Assembly: GCF_018350175.1 (NCBI RefSeq)
Contig: NC_058373.1
Coordinates: forward strand, 117,492,001-117,556,000
Direction: 5' to 3'
Origin: Felis catus
Taxonomy: Eukaryota
DNA length: 64,000 nucleotides
Shown here: positions 25,861 through 38,982 of the stretch, piece by piece
How positions within the stretch are numbered: the first letter of the stretch is position 1
Layout of the letters: each line of letters opens with the position of its first letter
Notes under the pieces: model-generated
Database searches by the model: none
The model's input: only the letters and a program-made list of their open reading frames with translations
What the model was told of the DNA's origin: nothing
Position numbers and translations under genes: made by a program

Positions 25861-26715
25861 TGGGTGTGGCTTTTTGTATGCCCTGTGGAGAGTCCTGAAC
25901 TTTACCATTAAAAATAGGGTATGGCTGGAGCGTTGGAATGCGTTTGGAGAACTGAAATGTTTAAAGTATTTGCACGACCTTTAAAAATCATTATATTGTG
26001 CTTTCTAAATTCTGGGGGCCAGAACCTGGTCACTCTGCTCAGCTCTGACTCTAGCAGAGTCAGACAGGAATCACAGACAGGAAGAGGGATGTGATTGGAA
26101 TTCGAAGGTCACTGGGGAGAAGCCAACATATTAAATGGGTCCTCCGGGTGGATAACATTGTCACCAACGGTAACAGCAGGATTTGGGGTGGAAAATAAAA
26201 CAGTGTCAGAGTCTTTCATGAATGAGGAGGAATTAACAAAAATAGGCAGAAAGCTAGTAGAATATGCAAGCCTCAAGTAATGAGGAATTGTTACCTAAGA
26301 AAAAGAAGAAATGTTCTAAAGGAAGTCAGAGCGCGAGGAAGATGCCTACTTTCTCTCCTAACCCCAAATTAGGTGAGGGGGGGAGTGGCACCAGAACAAA
26401 GGCACTGAGAACAGCTGCAGGGGAGTGAGTGAAGACGAGGAGGTAGGGGTTCCTTCTGTGCTTAGATGAAGGCTTTTTCACCAATAGAGCTGGAGAAGGG
26501 AGGTTCCAGATGTGTGCATGGGGAGGAGGGGGCCTATTAAGGGACGAGGATGCTCAAAGCAACAAGAAGATGAGACAGAAATAATGGGGCACCAGAGGCA
26601 CTTGGGCTTTACTCACTGACTAAGGAGGAGGGAGAATTAACTGGTCCCAACATTTCTACTAGCTCAAGTTACAGGGAATCCAATACATACCTGTGGGTTA
26701 GTTAGATAAAAGAAA

Positions 26716-26816
26716 GGATGGATGGATGGACAGATGGATGGATGGATGATGGATGGATGGATAGCTGGATGGATAGCTGGATGGATGAACAGATGGGTGG
26801 ATGTATGGATAGATGG
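26716..26816. repeat. (GGAT)n imperfect microsatellite
   Basis: Direct reading. Confidence 0.9.
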
Positions 26817-27269
26817 GAGAATTTATTTCTCTCTGGAAGATGCAGCCTCCCCTGGAATGGTACTATTCCTGAGCGAACCCTAGCAGAATTTGGTAGCGAC
26901 CAGCCCTCGCCTAATGTTGGAAGCAATGGACAGCAAAGGAGGGGCCCCCGAGCATTCTTGGCTCTCTCTGGATCAGTCTCTTCCTGAGACCTGCAGGCAT
27001 TCCCTGCAAGATTCCTTCTGTCAGTGGTCAAGTAACTCCTGTTGCCCACTCGTGATGGCTCCTGGAGCCACTCATTACACTCCACGTTAACAGCTGAAGT
27101 GCCCTTTTGCTGCATTAAGATCTCATCTCTGACCTGAAAGTGGAAAACCCAGGAGGCACAACATGGGCCACTTTCAACCCTTTAGAAACAAGGACGGCAG
27201 TGGCCTTGGTAAAAAGGAGTCCACTCTTGCCAAATGTTTTCCAAGGTCGGTGGTTGTTAGCTTGACTAG

Positions 27270-27392
27270 GCCTTATTGGAACACAGATGGCCGGCGTTTG
27301 TGGTTCCATAAGACGGTGTGCTCCTGAGAATGTGCGTTCCCAAAGCGCTCCCAGGCGATACTCATGCTGGGACCACACGTTGAGAAACACTG
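27270..27392. mobile_element. MER5-like MITE fragment
   Basis: ctcccaggcgatactcatgc..gggaccacacgttgagaaacactg terminus. Confidence 0.55.
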
Positions 27393-27965
27393 CCCTGCGT
27401 GATTAGGTTTAAATCGGGGATCCCTATGTGTGCGGGCTGACACTGAGTGTGGCAGTGTAAGTCCATGTTGAAGGCCCCAGGTGTATCCTTGGGAAACAAA
27501 AGGGAGCCAGTGACTGGTTAACCAATCCCTGCCTTCTGCTGAGGTTGTCGTCTGGCTCTTGAGAGCCGGGCTGTTTGCCAGCGGAGGGGTCTGGAGAAGT
27601 CTGTGAAGGAGGGTGCTGGAAAGACTCGGGGCCACCGGTTGAAGCTGGTCCCGAAAGAGGGAACTTGGGGACGGGGATTGATGGGAGCTTCATAACTCCA
27701 GGGAATTTATTACTTCCATAACTTCTATACTATGACTTGAGGGAAGTTGTTACAATGCGCTCATCTGGCGTCCGGACCTCCACACGAAGCAGAGGTGGCT
27801 GGTTACACAACACGTCGTACGAAAGAAAAAAGATCAGAGCAGTGTTAAAAGGCAACCATCCACGTAACCTAAAGGAAATACTAAGTACATGCAATTCCCA
27901 AGCTTCATGAAGGGGATCCATGGACCCAGACAGCATTTCTTTAAAAGAGTCCATGTCTTTAAAAG

Positions 27966-28170
27966 AGCCTGGGTGGCTCAGTCAGTTAAGCATCCGACTT
28001 CGGCTCAGGTCATGGTCTCATGGTTGGTGAGTTCAAGCCCTGCGTCGGGCTCTCTGCTGTCAGCACGGACCCCCTCCTTTGGGTCCTCTGTCTCCTTCTC
28101 TCTGCTCAGCCACCCCTCTCTCTCAAAAATAAATCAACATTCAAACTGTTTTTTAAAAAATAAAAAATCA
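27966..28170 (+). mobile_element. Can-SINE
   Basis: gcctgggtggctcagtcagttaagcatccgacttcggctcaggtcatg head plus tail. Confidence 0.93.
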
Positions 28171-29393
28171 AAGAGCCCTTTCTTTTCTCTGTCTTCTATT
28201 TCTCTCACGACCTGGCACCCTCCCCTGTAATCTCCTCTCCATCACGTCCACCCTAAATGAAACAAAACACAAAAACCTACCAGCACTTACTTAACCTTGC
28301 CTCTTGGTGTTTCTCTCCCACTGTCCTCCCCATGCATGTTGGCAACAGCCCAGGAATGGGGTGGCTTTGCAAGGACCCTGAAGGAGGGTGGAGGCTGGGG
28401 GAAAAGACGAGGGCCAAGCTAGAACCCTCCTCCGCAGGCAGATGAGGGGGAAAGATAGGAAAGGCACATCTCACTTTTATTTTCTGTACGGCTCTTGGCT
28501 TGGGCACGCCAACCAAGGTCTCCAGCTGAGGTGCCCTCAGCCTTTCCCGGCAAAATTGCCACCTTCTCTGAATTACTTAGTCCCCTCCGAGAGCCCTGGC
28601 GTGCGTCTGACACCTGCAAAACCTCCCTCACTCCCTTCTCGAACTACTCTGAGGGCCAGCAGCCTTTTTTCTCTCCCGACCAGGGGTCAGTGTGCAGTTA
28701 GGCATATTGTATGTAGTCTCTGACTTTGTGCTTTTCTCCGTCATTTGTTTGATCTTTTCTTCCCACATGCTGGTCACCCTTAGGTATGCTTCTTACAGGC
28801 GGGAACCACGGCTTTACAACCCTGTGACACCTAGTGTCGGTGGTCTGCAGGTCCCAGAAAACAGCATGTAGTCAAAAAGATACGTTCCTTTGTTCTGCTC
28901 TGCTTAATTCCGGCCCTGCTGGTTGTCCTCTTTCATCTGATTGGAGGCGAGATGTTCGGAGGTCCTGGTGACAGCCCGAATGATGTACACGCTCGTGCGT
29001 GAGGCAAACACTTATTAAGCATTTACACTACACACGGATACTGGGTGCTGTAACAAGGACTTACGAGGAAAAGCCCACATGTGTTGGGATCTTGCAGTCT
29101 AATTGGGAAGCATGGATCTTTCACGTAGAGGAGGCACCTGATTATTTGCAGCAGTCAGAATCTTTAGAGTGGACCGTGGACCATCTGTGCCACAGTCACC
29201 CCAGGGAATTTTTTAAATGCAGATGTCAGGGTTTACCACATGCCCTTTGGGGATAGGCCCCCCAAAATCTGCAATCTTAATAATCACCCCACTGTTTCAT
29301 CTCTTTGTAATCAAGGCTATTGCTTCTCCATTTGCAAGAGAGGGTTCAGGAAGGGAGTAGGGTCGCAGGGATTGTCATAGCCATGCTTCTGAA

Positions 29394-29611
29394 TTTTTTT
29401 TTTCAATTTTTTTAACTTTTATTTTTTTGAGAGAGAAAGACAAAGCATGAGCAGGGGAGGGGCAGAGAGAGAGGGAGACACAGAATCCGAAGGAGGCTCC
29501 AGGCTCTGAGCCATCAGCACAGACCCGACATGGGGCCCAGACTCGTGAACGACGAGATCGTGACCTAAGCCGAAATCAGACGCTTAACCAACTGACCCAC
29601 CCAGGCGCCCC
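29394..29611 (-). mobile_element. Can-SINE (tandem pair, later insertion)
   Basis: TSD agccatgcttctgaa(t)n at 29379 and 29612. Confidence 0.95.
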
Positions 29612-29626
29612 AGCCATGCTTCTGAA

Positions 29627-29836
29627 TTTTTTTTAATGTTTATTTATTTTTGAGAGAGAGAGAGACAGAGCGTGAGCAGGGGAGGGGCAGAGAGAGAGGG
29701 AGACACAGAATCTGAAGGAGGCTCCAGGCTCTGAGCCGTCAGCACAGAGCCCTACGTGGGGCTCGAACTCCTGAACGTGAGATCATGACCTGAGCCAAAG
29801 TCGGATGCCCAACCGACTGAACCACCCAGGCGCCCC
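29627..29836 (-). mobile_element. Can-SINE (tandem pair, earlier insertion)
   Basis: TSD ctgaattttt on both sides. Confidence 0.95.
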
Positions 29837-30659
29837 CTGAATTTTTAATTTATGTCTTCAGCACCCTCTGCTGTGATTCTGGCATCTCTACTCCCCTGAA
29901 TCATTGCCAGGCTGATGCTGTGTCTGGACCTCCCATTTCTCTGTGATCTTTGACTCCTGAATGCTGGTTAATCATGACACCCACTCTGCTTCTTATCACT
30001 GTGTTCTGAATTTCCCCATTTTTAGTGGTTTCAGATTATCTCTTCTGTCTGCCTCTGGTTTGCTCTTGCACTTGGCCTTAGTGATCCTGGTGGACATCAT
30101 TCAGTTGCCTCATCTCAAGTCTGGTTTCCAGTCTTCACCAATGGCAGCTCCTGTTCTGGCAACTACATGATCGAAGGGAGTGAGAGATGTCATTTAAAGA
30201 GACAGGGAGAGCCTCTGCCCTCACCTCCCAGGGGTAAAGACATGTTACAAGCGATGGGACCTCTGAGCTGGCTTCATGGCTACCAGGCATGAGAGAAAAG
30301 TAAAGAGTAAAGATCATGGAAGAGAGCTGGCATCGTTGCCTTGACCAGACGTATTTATAATCTTCAGTCTGCGTCAGAAAACTCTCTTCATCCCTCAGTG
30401 CAGGAGCCTCATCAGGCATCCTGAGGACCCCACCTGGTCCTTGCTCCTGGCCCCCCCACTTCCTCCGGGAGGAGAAGTCTTCATCTCTCCCTGGTTAAAG
30501 TACCTCTGTTTCTTAAGTAGGATTTAGAAGAAGCTCATCCATAATGCTTCACTGTGGCTTTCAAGTTCTGGCTTCGTATTTGCCTCCTTCACACCCTCCA
30601 CTACTCTTCCCCCTTTCCCTAGAGCCATGCAAATGATTGACTCTAGGCATGGATGCTGG

Positions 30660-30880
30660 TCCCAAAGTGCCTAGGTTCAAACCCTGGCTTCACAGACCAT
30701 GTGACCTCAGCAAGTTACCTAACCTCTCTCTGCCTCCCTTTCTCCATCTGTAAAAAAAAAACGGGGATAATGACAGTACCTGCTTCATGGGGCTTCTTTG
30801 CATATAAATGAGTTCATTTATGTGAAGTGCTTGGAGCAGTCCCTGACATATAGCAAGCACTCTTTCAATGTTTGCTGATT
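30660..30880. mobile_element. MIR
   Basis: ggttcaaaccctggct..tgtgacctcagcaagttacctaacctctctctgcctc..catctgtaaaa..ggggataat. Confidence 0.8.
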
Positions 30881-30956
30881 CTGTGGCTTTGGGCATGATG
30901 CTGGAATGCCTTCCCCCCACTAGCTCGTTCCAACTTGTCCTTTAAGATTCAGTTCA

Positions 30957-31185
30957 GGGGCGCCTGGGTGGCTCAGTCGGTTGAGCATCTAACTTCCGCT
31001 CAGGTCGTGATCTCGCGGTCTGTGAGTTCAGGCCCCACGTCAGGATCTGTGCTGACAGCTCAGAGCCTGGAGCCTGCTTCGGATTCTGTGTCTCCCTCTC
31101 TCTCTGCCCCTCCCCTGCTCATGCTCTATCTCTCTCTCTCTGTCAAAAATAAAATAAAACATCTTAAAAAATAAAAAAAATAAAA
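30957..31185 (+). mobile_element. Can-SINE
   Basis: Full length, TSD aagattcagtt. Confidence 0.95.
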
Positions 31186-31999
31186 AAGATTCAGTTTAAG
31201 CACCACCTCCTCCAGCAAAGGGTTCCCAGCAGCCAGGGCTGATGTAAGTGCCGTTTCCGTGTTCCTAGCTTCCTGCAAATGTATCTGTCAAAGCACTCAG
31301 TGTGTTGAAGAACAACAGTTTGTTTACTTGTCCATCATCCCCCTGGGATTGTGAGCCCCTGGAGCATAGGAACGTCTTATCAAGCTTGGGACCCAGTAGT
31401 TAACTTAGTCCCAAGACCTAGGAGGCTCTCCTGTTGACTGAGAGAATGAGATCATCCTGAAATCCACTCAGGGCATGTTTACTCTCCTGCCCACCTACTC
31501 CTTCTGTCATTCAAAAAAGAAATCTCCTGAGCATCTGGGATGTACCAACTATATTTTCCACGTACTTTTTGGTGATCTACCTGTAATTTCTGTGTCAGCG
31601 CCTGTAGCTAGCTGGGACACGAGAGGAAGTTGATTTTGAGCTAGGGTTACTCATGGCCTGACGTTAACAAGAGAAATTTTGGAGACCCAAAGTCTCGCTG
31701 ATAACTGCGTGAGCTATTTCTCTCAAATTCAAAGCCCTGCTATAGGTTACAGGCTTCCCAGCTGGGCTCAGACAACCCTACAGGCCATCGGCACATCTGA
31801 TGATTTCGGCTAAAACAGGCGTAATAGAAAGTGTCCTTTGAATTACTGGAGCCCTTTTCTTCATCCGTTGCCACAATGCTTCTCAAGGTTTTATGCTACC
31901 TTCTTAGGCATATTACCTCAATATAGATTGGAAGTGTTGCCAGTTCTGTTTTGAGAAGAATGCTTTTCTCGTCTCCTACACGTAGAGAGCCTTCTGTTT

Positions 32000-32449
32000 G
32001 TGTAACAGCCCCACCTGGATGTCTGCTGTTCCTGACCCCAGCACCCATGTTTCCTTCCCTCCTTGGTAAGAAAGCCCCATTTGTGGCTCAGCACACTGTT
32101 GCCCAGAGTCAAAGACTATTTCCCGGCTTCGCTTAGAGCGAGATGTAGTCAGTGACCGAGTTCTGGCCCAAGATGCGGACAGTTTCCTTTTGGAGTTGCG
32201 ATACGTTACGGAAAAGTCAGTGGCTTACTACAACACAGACGTATTACAGTTCCAGAGGTTAGAAGTCTGACGTGGGTCTTCGAGGGCTAAAACTGAGCTA
32301 TTGGCAGAACTCCGTTCCTTCTGGACCCTCTAAGGGAAAATGGGTTTCCTCACCTTTTCCAGCTTTCGGGGGCTTTCTGCATTCCTTGGTTCATAGTCTT
32401 TTCCTCTATCTTCAAATCTGGCAGCTATCTAGCATTCCCTCCTCTCTCT

Positions 32450-32506
<57 letters not shown>

Positions 32507-33070
32507 CCCTTTGCTTCTGTCATCACATCTCCCCTCTCTCCGACACCCCTACCTGTCTTATAAAGATCCTTGTGATGACATTGGTCCCCCCTGGATAGTC
32601 CAGGAATCGCCATCGTGAGAGCCTTAGTTTAATCACATCTGCAAAGTCCTTTTTGCCACGTAAGGTAGATAGTCACAGCTCCAGGGGTTCAGACATGGGC
32701 ATCTTTGGAGCTGTTACTCTGTGTTTCACAATGTGTAAATAGAGTAAGGGACTCCTGGAAAATGTGCTTGAAGGGAGGCGTCTCAACCGGGACAGGCACT
32801 TTTTAGTTCTTATGTTCTTCCTTCTTCCTCCTGCCTGAAGCTGGGATGTGATGCCTGATACTTTGGCAGACATTTTGAACCAGGAAGTGGCTTTGGGGTT
32901 GGAAGCCAAGCACTGGGAGGGCGGAAGAGAAACGTTAAGGCATGGATCCCTGACGATCCATGGAACCACACGTCCAGACCTCTTCTATCAAATATACTTC
33001 TGTCTTGGTTAAGTCACTGTCATTTTGTTTGTTGTTATTCTTTTTCTAGAATGTGCAGCCGACCCTAATC
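32000..33070 (+). mobile_element. older MaLR LTR (MLT1J/K-like) split by a younger MLT1
   Basis: gactatttcccggc..gtgaccgagttctggcc on the left; cttcctcctgcctg..gatgtgatg..ggcagacattttgaacca..ggatccctga..ttaagtcactg on the right. Confidence 0.55.
32180..32730 (-). mobile_element. MaLR solo LTR (MLT1D-like) with (CT)n(CA)n
   Basis: acagttccagaggttagaagtctg..ttaatcacatctgcaaagtcctttttgccacgtaaggt..cacag.tccagggg. Confidence 0.75.
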
Positions 33071-34719
33071 TCAATCCCTCAAAACTATACATAAGTGTCT
33101 ACTTAATACATTTCAGGCCTGGTTCTCTCAATCTACTACCCTCCCATCATTTACCCTGCCGAGAAAATGTTTTAGAAAAGTGGACAGCGTTGTGATCATG
33201 TATTGATCAGACACCGGCCTTTAGTTCTGCCTGTAGGCTGAGCCGCATAACCTCAATATTAATCAGGGCTTTTAACAATTCTTTCAGAGCTTTAGCCATT
33301 TTTTATGATAATAGCACCAGCAGAATCAGGGTGGTCAAGGATGGGCTAGTCCCAAATAACTCGAAATAGGACCTTGCGTTGGCCCCCTCTTCAACATACA
33401 CATAAATAATCTGCAATAGCAAACAGCAAGGTAGCTGTCCACACCAAAGATCTGGCCCGCCTTACTATCAAGGTTCAGAAGTGGCCCTAAGAAGTGACCA
33501 ACTCTATCAAAACCAACACCCGGAAGAAAAAACAGCACAGTGATTAGCTAGCTATGCCAAAAGGCAAATCATCGATTTTGGCCAACATTCTGTGAAATAT
33601 TCATCGGATGTTTATTGAACATCCGTGATGTGCTCTGGGCAATGAGCCAGGGGGGCCAAGCTGAGGAGACGGGGGCGTCTCTCCTTCAGGACCCTCAGAT
33701 GCACCGATGGAGAAGACAGGCCAAGAAATGAGTGCCGTTGACTTTATCCTTTTATTTCCAGGAATCATAAGCTCAATTCTATGATCACTTACAGCAGCTA
33801 TCCCTGACCAAGGGGTCCTCATAGAGCTCTCCCCAGTCATCACTTGGATCCTGTTGTATTCTCCTTATTAATTCTAGCAATATCTTTAATTATTCACCAC
33901 CTGAAATCTATTCCATTTTGGAAGCAGCCAGCACTTGGGGCAGGAGAGCTGATGAGGAAATGGTGCTAGGAAGAATATACTCAGGATCGGTTTGACACTT
34001 ATTCTTTCCTAGTTAGTTGCAGAGTTTCTGCACTTGGGAATCTTCTCAGCATCTTCTCTAAACAAAAGCCAGCTTCTCTCTGCCTGGAGTTGATGGGTAT
34101 GAAAGGAGGCTTGCACGTTACAAAGACGCCTGGCTTCTGACACCATTCCACCCCAAAGTCTTCTGACACAGGCAGGGTCTGGAGCTTGCAGTCACCTCGG
34201 GGCCGAGGGACGGTGTCCTCTCGGAGGCAGGGCTCACACAGCAATGTGTGGCCACAGGCCAGCTCCAGAGTCGCACAAGATGCTTTCAGAGAGTCTGCTG
34301 TAATTTAGTGTTAGAAAAGTCAGAAAACAAGTGTAAACTTGTTGCAAATCAGAAGAGAGCACAGAAATCCTTAACTGTCTCTTTGGCCTGATCACCAGAC
34401 AGAACTGTCAGGGGCCGTAAAATGGTGGTAAAGGGTGCAGTTTTCCCTGCATCGAGGCGTGAGCAAGAGAGGTGGCTCTGACTGCGGGTTCTGACGGAGG
34501 CTGGCAGAGAGGGTCTGGTGTCAGAGCTCGTTTATCCTGTCATCTCCCCAGAAAGGGAATGGAGTGCAGTGATCGCAGGCTAAGTCACAGAAGAGCGAAG
34601 CCTGGGCCTTCAGAGTAATGGAAGGCATTTCAGATTGAGGAAGGACAGGCTCACGTCCCCTGCCAGCTGCACCATTCGAAAGCCAAGGGCATCGTTCCAA
34701 TGTGCTTCTCGCCTGCATC

Positions 34720-35245
34720 TTCTCCATGGGTGACCTCATCCGGACTCACTGCTTAAGGTGAATTCCTACACACCAGTCACTCCCAAAGAGTATCACCAGC
34801 CTGCTCTCCCCTGAAAATCCAGACTCATTTGTCCAACAACCAACTTGACATCTCCACTCAGATGGCTCCTAGAATATAAATCTGAGACGAGACATGGCCA
34901 ACAGATGATCCCAGGCTTCCTCCCCAACCTGCTTCTGTGTCTCAGTTAGTCTAAATTCCGCCGTGCATGCAATTAGTTAAGCTGGAAACCTGAGAGTCAG
35001 TCCTGACTCCTCTTGCTCTCAGACTCCAAGTCCCGTCCAGTAGAGAGGACCAGGAGCCCTGCCTCCAAGGTAGACTGGAACCCCACCTGCTTCTCTCATC
35101 CCACTGCCACGGTGGAGCCCAGCTGGGGTTGGATTCCCCCAACCTACTGAAAATGGCTACCAGCTGGTCTCCCTGCTTCTGCTCCTGTCATTCGATAATC
35201 CCTCCTCCCCCTAGCAGCCAAAGCCACCTTGGAAAAATACCCAAG
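34720..35245. mobile_element. L2 LINE relic (continues after about 35750)
   Basis: ccagcctgctctcccctgaa..ccagactcatttgtccaac..acttgacatctccact..gatg; ctggtctccctgcttc. Confidence 0.65.
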
Positions 35246-35249
35246 ACAA

Positions 35250-35735
35250 GAGCGCATCCTTTTTCACAGCCGTGTAATATTCCATTGCATACACACACAT
35301 CTTCCTTATCTGTTTGTCTATGGACAGACACTTCTGTATCTTGGCTGTTGTAAATAACACCGCGACAAATGTAGGGGTGCGTATACCTTTTCAAGTTAGT
35401 AGTTTTGTTTTCTTGGGGGTAAATACCCAGCAGGAGAATTATCGGATCATGTGATATTTCTATTTTTAACTTTTTGAGGAACCTCCATGCTCTTCGCGGG
35501 AGATACAGGCTTGCGGTTACGGGAGGAAGATGTCACAGGGATATAAGGCACGGCCGAGGGAATATAGTCAGTGGCACTGCAATTATGTTGTATGCTGGCA
35601 GGAGTAGCTACATTTGTGGTGAGCATTGCATCACCTGTACACCCGTCGAATCATCATATTGTACAACGAACGTAACGTTGTGTATCAACTGCACTCGAAT
35701 AAAAAAAAAATTTAAATAAATACATAAAATAAATG
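35250..35735. mobile_element. 5'-inverted carnivore L1 3' fragment
   Basis: About 35257-35490 is minus-strand L1 (taatattccattg..ttttaactttttgaggaacctccat); about 35500-35735 is a plus-strand 3' UTR with A tail; degenerate TSD gaaaa(c)ataccc. Confidence 0.75.
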
Positions 35736-36695
35736 AAAACATACCCCAGGGCCGTCCACAGGCTTCCCGAGGTGCGGTGGCCCCTTCCTCTTTGGTCTCA
35801 GCTCCAGCCCGGTCTGTGTCTCCAGCCTCCTATCTCCAGTCCCACACGCCTGTCCTCTGCATGGTCCCACCCCGGGGGGGGGGGGTTCTCCGCACCACTG
35901 CCCTTCCTCCAAATACTCATGCAACCCGTCCTTCCTGCTGCTCCAGCCTGCAGGGCTCATGCCATCCTGCTCACTTCCCAGTCTCTGTCGCCCCGCGGTC
36001 ACGCTCACCCCCCTCGCTCCATTTCATCTAATTACACAGGTCTGCTGTTGTCTTTGTGGGGCTCGCTCCTTGATGGTCGGACATGTCTGTGAGGGTATGA
36101 GCTTGGGGGAGACAGTCACGCCTTCAGAGGAAGACAGCAGGGGCTCAGCAGATGCTCTTTAGAATGAATAGAGGAGGAGACCATTAGGCCCCAGCTGTGA
36201 AATGGGAGCATCTGAGCAAAGGCTCAGGTGCACTGTGACGGTGACGTAAGGGCTGGTATGTGTGTAGCCTGGTGAGTGCTACGTCTCCTCCCAGCCGAGA
36301 AGTGTCAGTATTGGGGGAACCAGGACAGCGGAGCAAAACCCCCCAGGCCTGACTTCCGCTAAAGTAAAGCGTGCTGAATAATTAACGCGCCTGAACAACA
36401 CGTTACGGACAGGCCTGTATCATAAATGCTTTCTCCCCTCCGCTTCTGTGCTGGATCGTCTTCCTGGGTCCTTCCAGAGCCACCCGCTGCCCTTCTCGCC
36501 CAGCTCTGCATCCTCAGAAGCTGTCACTGTGGGCTGCCTCGATGTGTTCCCTTGCCCCCTGGCTACGATGGATTGATTCATCCCCTGGGTGACACCAGCA
36601 GGACATCAGTGCACAGAAGGAGAGGTCATAGCATTTGTTCCCTTATAGACCTCGGTCTGAGAGTGGCTATATTCTCCTAAAGGTCATGGTTCCCA

Positions 36696-36820
36696 GGGAT
36701 GTCTGGGCGGTTCAGTCAGGTGAGCATCCGACTTCAGCTCAGGTCATGATCTCGCAATTCGTGAGTTCAAGCCCCACATCAGACTCGCTGCTGTCAGCCC
36801 AGAGCCTGCTACGAATCCTC

Positions 36821-36870
<50 letters not shown>

Positions 36871-36935
36871 CCTTCCCTGCTTGCGTGCTCTCTCTCTCTC
36901 AAAAATACATGAACATTTGAACCAATAAATAATCA
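36696..36935 (+). mobile_element. Can-SINE with expanded (CT)n
   Basis: Head, long CT tract, tail. Confidence 0.92.
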
Positions 36936-38197
36936 ACAGCCATGGCTCCTGTCCGGCCACTGTCTCCGACAGCAACCACCTCCTCTAGGTTTCCATAACT
37001 CCTCTATCTTCCTGTCGCTTTGGACCTCGTGGAGGAAACTTCTCCAGCTGGTGCTCTGGCCCCAGACTGCTTCGCCATCCCTGAACCCAGCTGTACCTTT
37101 GTCTACACCACGTTCACTGCATGCCCCGTAACTGTGGGGTTCCCGGGGGTCCCCTGCTCCCCTCCAGGACCTCGTTGGCACAGCGTAAACATGACCATGC
37201 TTTCGACCGTAGACGTGCCTGCTGGCGATGGTGGCCATTTTGCTTTTCTTTCTGGCCTTCCTTTTCCCGTCTGATATTCCCAACACGCTGCCCTCAGCTC
37301 CAAGACCACTCCTTAAACCGCCGAGGTCCGAAATCATCTAGAAGCTTAAAAGAGAAAATGTGCTCCACGTCTTGGAGACGAATGCAGTCATTTCTCCCTT
37401 CTGTGGGCTGGGTTCAGCCCCTCTTTTCTCCTCACCGGCCACTGTGTGCAGGCAGTCAAGATTATTCCCGGCAAGGGGACTCACGGCCGCTGATCATATG
37501 AGTGGCGCTGAGATCGGGCCTCTCCTCCGTATTACTTAGGTTTCTAACATATAAAAGCAGCTCCCTCCTCGAAATTTGTTCTAGCCTCAACTTCTTTTGG
37601 TCATTTGTCAGGACTGTAGGGTTGGGAACATATTACGGAAGCAATGCGATGGCTGTGAAATATGAGAGGGTGCGTGTGTGTGCGTGCGAGGGCACGTGTG
37701 AATGTGTGTCGGCTCCATGTGTGGGTATTTGGTGTGGACGGCTGTGGACACATGTGCGTGCACAGCATCCGTGCTAATAGGGGAAGTGCAATCTCAGGGA
37801 GCAGGTGGGGGGGGTGGAGGGAGGGAGCTGGAATGAGAGACTGAGGTCATGAAGAGGGAGCCAGCCCCTGCAAGCCCCAGGGACCTCCGTCCTCTCCCCC
37901 AGGGTCCTTCCCTGTCCCCACATGTGCCTACGTTATTGGTCTTAGAACCTGACCTACGGAAACCAGAAAAGGCAGGTAGGGAGATCCGAACTGTGGACTC
38001 TCAAAACTCTCCTCCACCTCAGACGGCTGGCTTCACTTTCCCCTCAAATCTTCCAAAGCCAGACCCGGGCCCCTTACCTGCCTGCCCGAAGAAGAAGAAA
38101 AAGAGTTAGGGATTTCAGGAGGAAAGAGTGGGGTGGGGAAGGCAGGTGGCATGGCTTGGCTGCTGCCAGCTCCCCTCTGGGCAGGGCCCTGGTGTCT

Positions 38198-38420
38198 TTT
38201 TTGTTTTTTTTTTAATGTCTGTTTATTTTTGAGAGAGAAAAAGAGAGACAGAGCTTGAGCAGGGGAGGGGGAGAGAGAGACACACACACAGAATCCAAAG
38301 CAGGCTCCAGGCTCTGAGCTGTCAGCAGCGATCCCAACATGGGGCTCAAACTCATAGACCGCGAGCTTATGACCAGAGCCGAAGTCGGATGTTTAACCGA
38401 CTGAGCCACCCAGGCACCCC
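38198..38420 (-). mobile_element. Can-SINE
   Basis: TSD gccctggtgtct (38186-38197 / 38421-38432). Confidence 0.95.
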
Positions 38421-38446
38421 GCCCTGGTGTCTGTATTTATTTATTT

Positions 38447-38682
38447 ATTTATTTATTTATTTATTATTTATTTATTTTTAACATTTATTTTATTTTTGAG
38501 ACAGAGAGAGACAGAGCATGAACGGGGGAGGAGCAGAGAGAGAGGGAGACACAGAATCGGAAGCAGGCTCCAGGCTCTGAGCCATCAGCCCAGAGCCCGA
38601 TGCGGGGCTCGAACTCACGGACCGTGAGATCGTGACCTGAGTTGAAGTCGGACACTTAACCGACTGAGCCACCCACGCGCCC
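38447..38682 (-). mobile_element. Can-SINE inserted in an L1 tail
   Basis: TSD ctgtatttatttattt; (ATTT)n tail. Confidence 0.95.
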
Positions 38683-38982
38683 CTGTATTTATTTATTTAA
38701 ATTCTAGTTAGTTAACCTACAGTGCAATATTGGTTTCAGGAGTAGAATTCAGTGGTTCAGCACTTACGACACCCAGTGCTCATCGTAACAAGTACCCTCC
38801 TTAGTACCCGTCGCCCAGCTAGCCCATCCCCCACCCACCTCCCTCCATCCACCCTCAGTCTGCTCTCTAACATGAAGAGGCTCTTGTGGCTTGTTTCCCT
38901 CTCTTCTCTCCCCTCCCCCTTCCGTATGTTCACCTGTTTTGTTGCTCAGGTTCCACATATGAGTGAAACCATATGGTATTCT
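38683..38982 (-). mobile_element. carnivore L1 3' end fragment
   Basis: tagttaac.tacagtg.aatattggtttcaggagtagaatt..acacccagtgctcat..ttccacatatgagtgaaa.catatggtatt. Confidence 0.85.

Noticed and set aside
26718..26987. MDGW-repeat ORF
   Set aside because: Translation of a (GGAT)n microsatellite.
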